A stretch of DNA of 64,000 nt from Takakia lepidozioides (lineage: Eukaryota > Plantae > Bryophyta). The notes under the pieces were generated by a model. That model saw nothing but the letters and a program-made list of their open reading frames with translations. It searched no databases and was not told the DNA's origin. This document shows, one piece after another, positions 62,054 through 64,000 of the stretch (its first letter is position 1; the number at the start of each line of letters is the position of its first letter). The stretch is from positions 74,028,001-74,092,000 of the forward strand of contig CM060733.1 in assembly GCA_030704615.1 (NCBI GenBank). Reading direction: 5' to 3'. The position numbers were made by a program, and so were the translations under genes.

Positions 62054-63441
62054 GGGGACATCAACCTGAGCGTGGGGAGGAAATGCATGCTTAGCCCAGC
62101 TTAGCTAGCTCAGGAATCCGATTGCAAAAACTTGTATTGTACAAAATTTGCTTTAATGAAATGGTTTTCAAATGTTGTGCTTCCTATTTTGTTTGGAATG
62201 GTGATGCCATGGTATGGTTGGCTAGTGTGTAGAATGCATGCTAGCTTACAAAGTGGGAGAGGGTAAAAGTTGGGTTCCCATCGTGTGTTTGCCCATCGTG
62301 TGTTTGCCCAGTGCCCAGTGCCGAAATCGGGTGACTCCCATCCAAAGGGCAAGGAAACTTGCGCCTTCTTTGGGAGTTCACGTGCTAGTGCGCACCTAGC
62401 GCGTGCGCGTACTATAACTGCGCTACCGAGGGGGTTGCCTTGTAGTGCGGGCTAACGCGGAAGCTACGTGCTTCCGTTCACGTACTATAATCGTGTAGCC
62501 TCGGGACGAAGTCGTAGTGCGGCTTCGGCGTGTTCCCGTACCTCAGGCCAGCATTCCAAGGCGGACCCAATTGTAGTGATTGGGGCGCGCGGTTGGTTCA
62601 AGGTTATCTTCCTAGTCAAAGAGGGTTCGAGGTGAACCTTTGCTCAAGGTGGTGCCAAAAGCGGCATCATGAGCGGTCGCAAGCAATGTTGTTGCAGTAA
62701 GGCGATTTGATCCTCGGGGAGGATCGTTCCTTGGCCTTGAAGTAGGCCAAGAAGAGTGCACTGGGAGGAGCTTGAGAGGCTCCACCCTTGGCCGGGACTT
62801 GGAGAAGTCGGTCCGAACTAGCTAGTGGAGAGTAGAGTCAAGTGTGGGGTTTGGTTCTTTGCCATGGGACGCCATGGTACGGAAACAAACTCCTTGATGT
62901 GGGACGCCACAACTTGGATGTTCGTTTCCACAAAATGGACAAGCCGATGAGGACATCAACTCCCTGTTGGTAGGGGTGTGTGTCGCGGCCCTTTGCCTTG
63001 AGGGCAGGGGGTCGGGACACAAGAGGGGCTGCCCCTGTGGTGGGGGCAGTGGCAGCGATAGGTATGGGGGGCGGAAGCACCCTTGAGTGCCCAAGGCACT
63101 TAAGGAGGCGGAGGCGCTCACTAGGTGGAGCCCCGCACACCAGGTTGCGGTAGGGGTGGCTCCACAAGGGGTGGTGGTAGCTTAGCGGGACTTAGTGGAG
63201 GTGGCATAGGACTCACCCTGGGGCGGAGACCTCGTGGTGGGAGTCGTGGGGAGTCTTGGGACTCATCGAGGTCCATAGGGGCCATGGTGGGTGGGCCAAG
63301 ACTCACCGCGACTCATCACCGGGAGTCGAGGGTGTTCGTGGTGGTTCGCCATAAAATGGCATGGTTGTTTGTGAAACCCCCGCGGACAGCTACAGAAGTA
63401 TATATAGGAAGTAGTAACACCGAGAACGGTGCAAGCCCGTT

Positions 63442-64000
63442 TGTCGCGGCCCTTTGCCTTGAGGGCAGGGGGTCGGGACACATGAGGGCTGCCCTGTGGT
63501 GGGGGCAGAGGCAGCGATAGGTATGAGGGCTGAAGCACCCTTGAGTGCCCAAGGCACTCAGGGAAGTGGAGGCGCTCACTAGTGGAGCCCCGCACACCGG
63601 GTTGCGGTGGGGGTGGCTCCACAAGGGTGGTGGTAGCTTAGCGGGACTTAGTGGGGGTGGCATAGGACTCACCATGGGGGCGGACACCTCGTGGTGGGAG
63701 TCGTGGGAGTCGTGGGGACTCATCACGGTCCCATAGGGGCCGTGGTGAGTGGGCAAGACTCACCGCGACTCATCACCGGGAGTCGAGGGTTTTCGTGGTG
63801 GTTCGCCATAAAATGGCATGGCTGGTTGTGAAACCCCCGCGGACAGCTACAGAAGTGTATATAGGGAGTAGTAACCCCGAGAACGGTGCAAGCCCGTTGG
63901 TGACCAAAAACTAGTGAGTAAGCGAGCGAGCCAGAAAGCGACCAAAGAGTGGGGAGCTGTTCCGGACTGCCAACTACCAAAGGGAATTCCCGCTGGTTCC
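63442..64000 (+). mobile_element. LTR of element D inserted in the 3' LTR of element C
   Basis: New TGTCGCGGCCC start after ..GCAAGCCCGTT in mid-LTR; predicted TSD CCGTT. Confidence 0.88.

Larger units (their letters stand above)
56957..64000 (+). mobile_element. Chromovirus element C; 3' LTR from 62981 is interrupted by another same-family LTR; runs off window
   Basis: 5' LTR 56957-57549 (internal deletion), PBS 57552-57563, gag-pol-chromodomain, PPT before 62981. Confidence 0.93.

Noticed and set aside
1-64000. tRNA, rRNA or conserved host housekeeping genes
   Set aside because: None recognised; the only tRNA-related sequence is the PBS.

Overview
Eukaryotic, transposon-dense plant DNA: GT-AG introns and tRNA-iMet-primed chromoviruses are present, and a non-seed plant such as a bryophyte is my guess, not shown. 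There are three layers. (1) A decayed Ty3/Gypsy element at 1-5.0 kb. (2) A chromodomain-bearing Ty3/Gypsy family nested repeatedly into itself at 27988-42582 (TSD CTCGA) and 56957-end. (3) Remnants of at least three diverged copies of a large composite DNA element. Its recurring core is a Mutator-like DDE transposase (GCM-like Zn domain N-terminal, SWIM finger C-terminal) facing away from an intron-containing gene that fuses a ParB/Srx-like domain (VWDGNHR) to a beta-class N6/N4 DNA-methyltransferase-like domain. Between the two genes lies an array of palindromes with a CGGCGCCG-type core, up to 8 kb long and spaced at whole helical turns. A small unknown RWNCC protein family and a shared CTATTTCATGAGC end motif accompany it. 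The overall picture resembles a parS/ParB-like module riding on a eukaryotic transposon; that function is inferred. Many 1-nt frameshifts may be decay or long-read assembly error.
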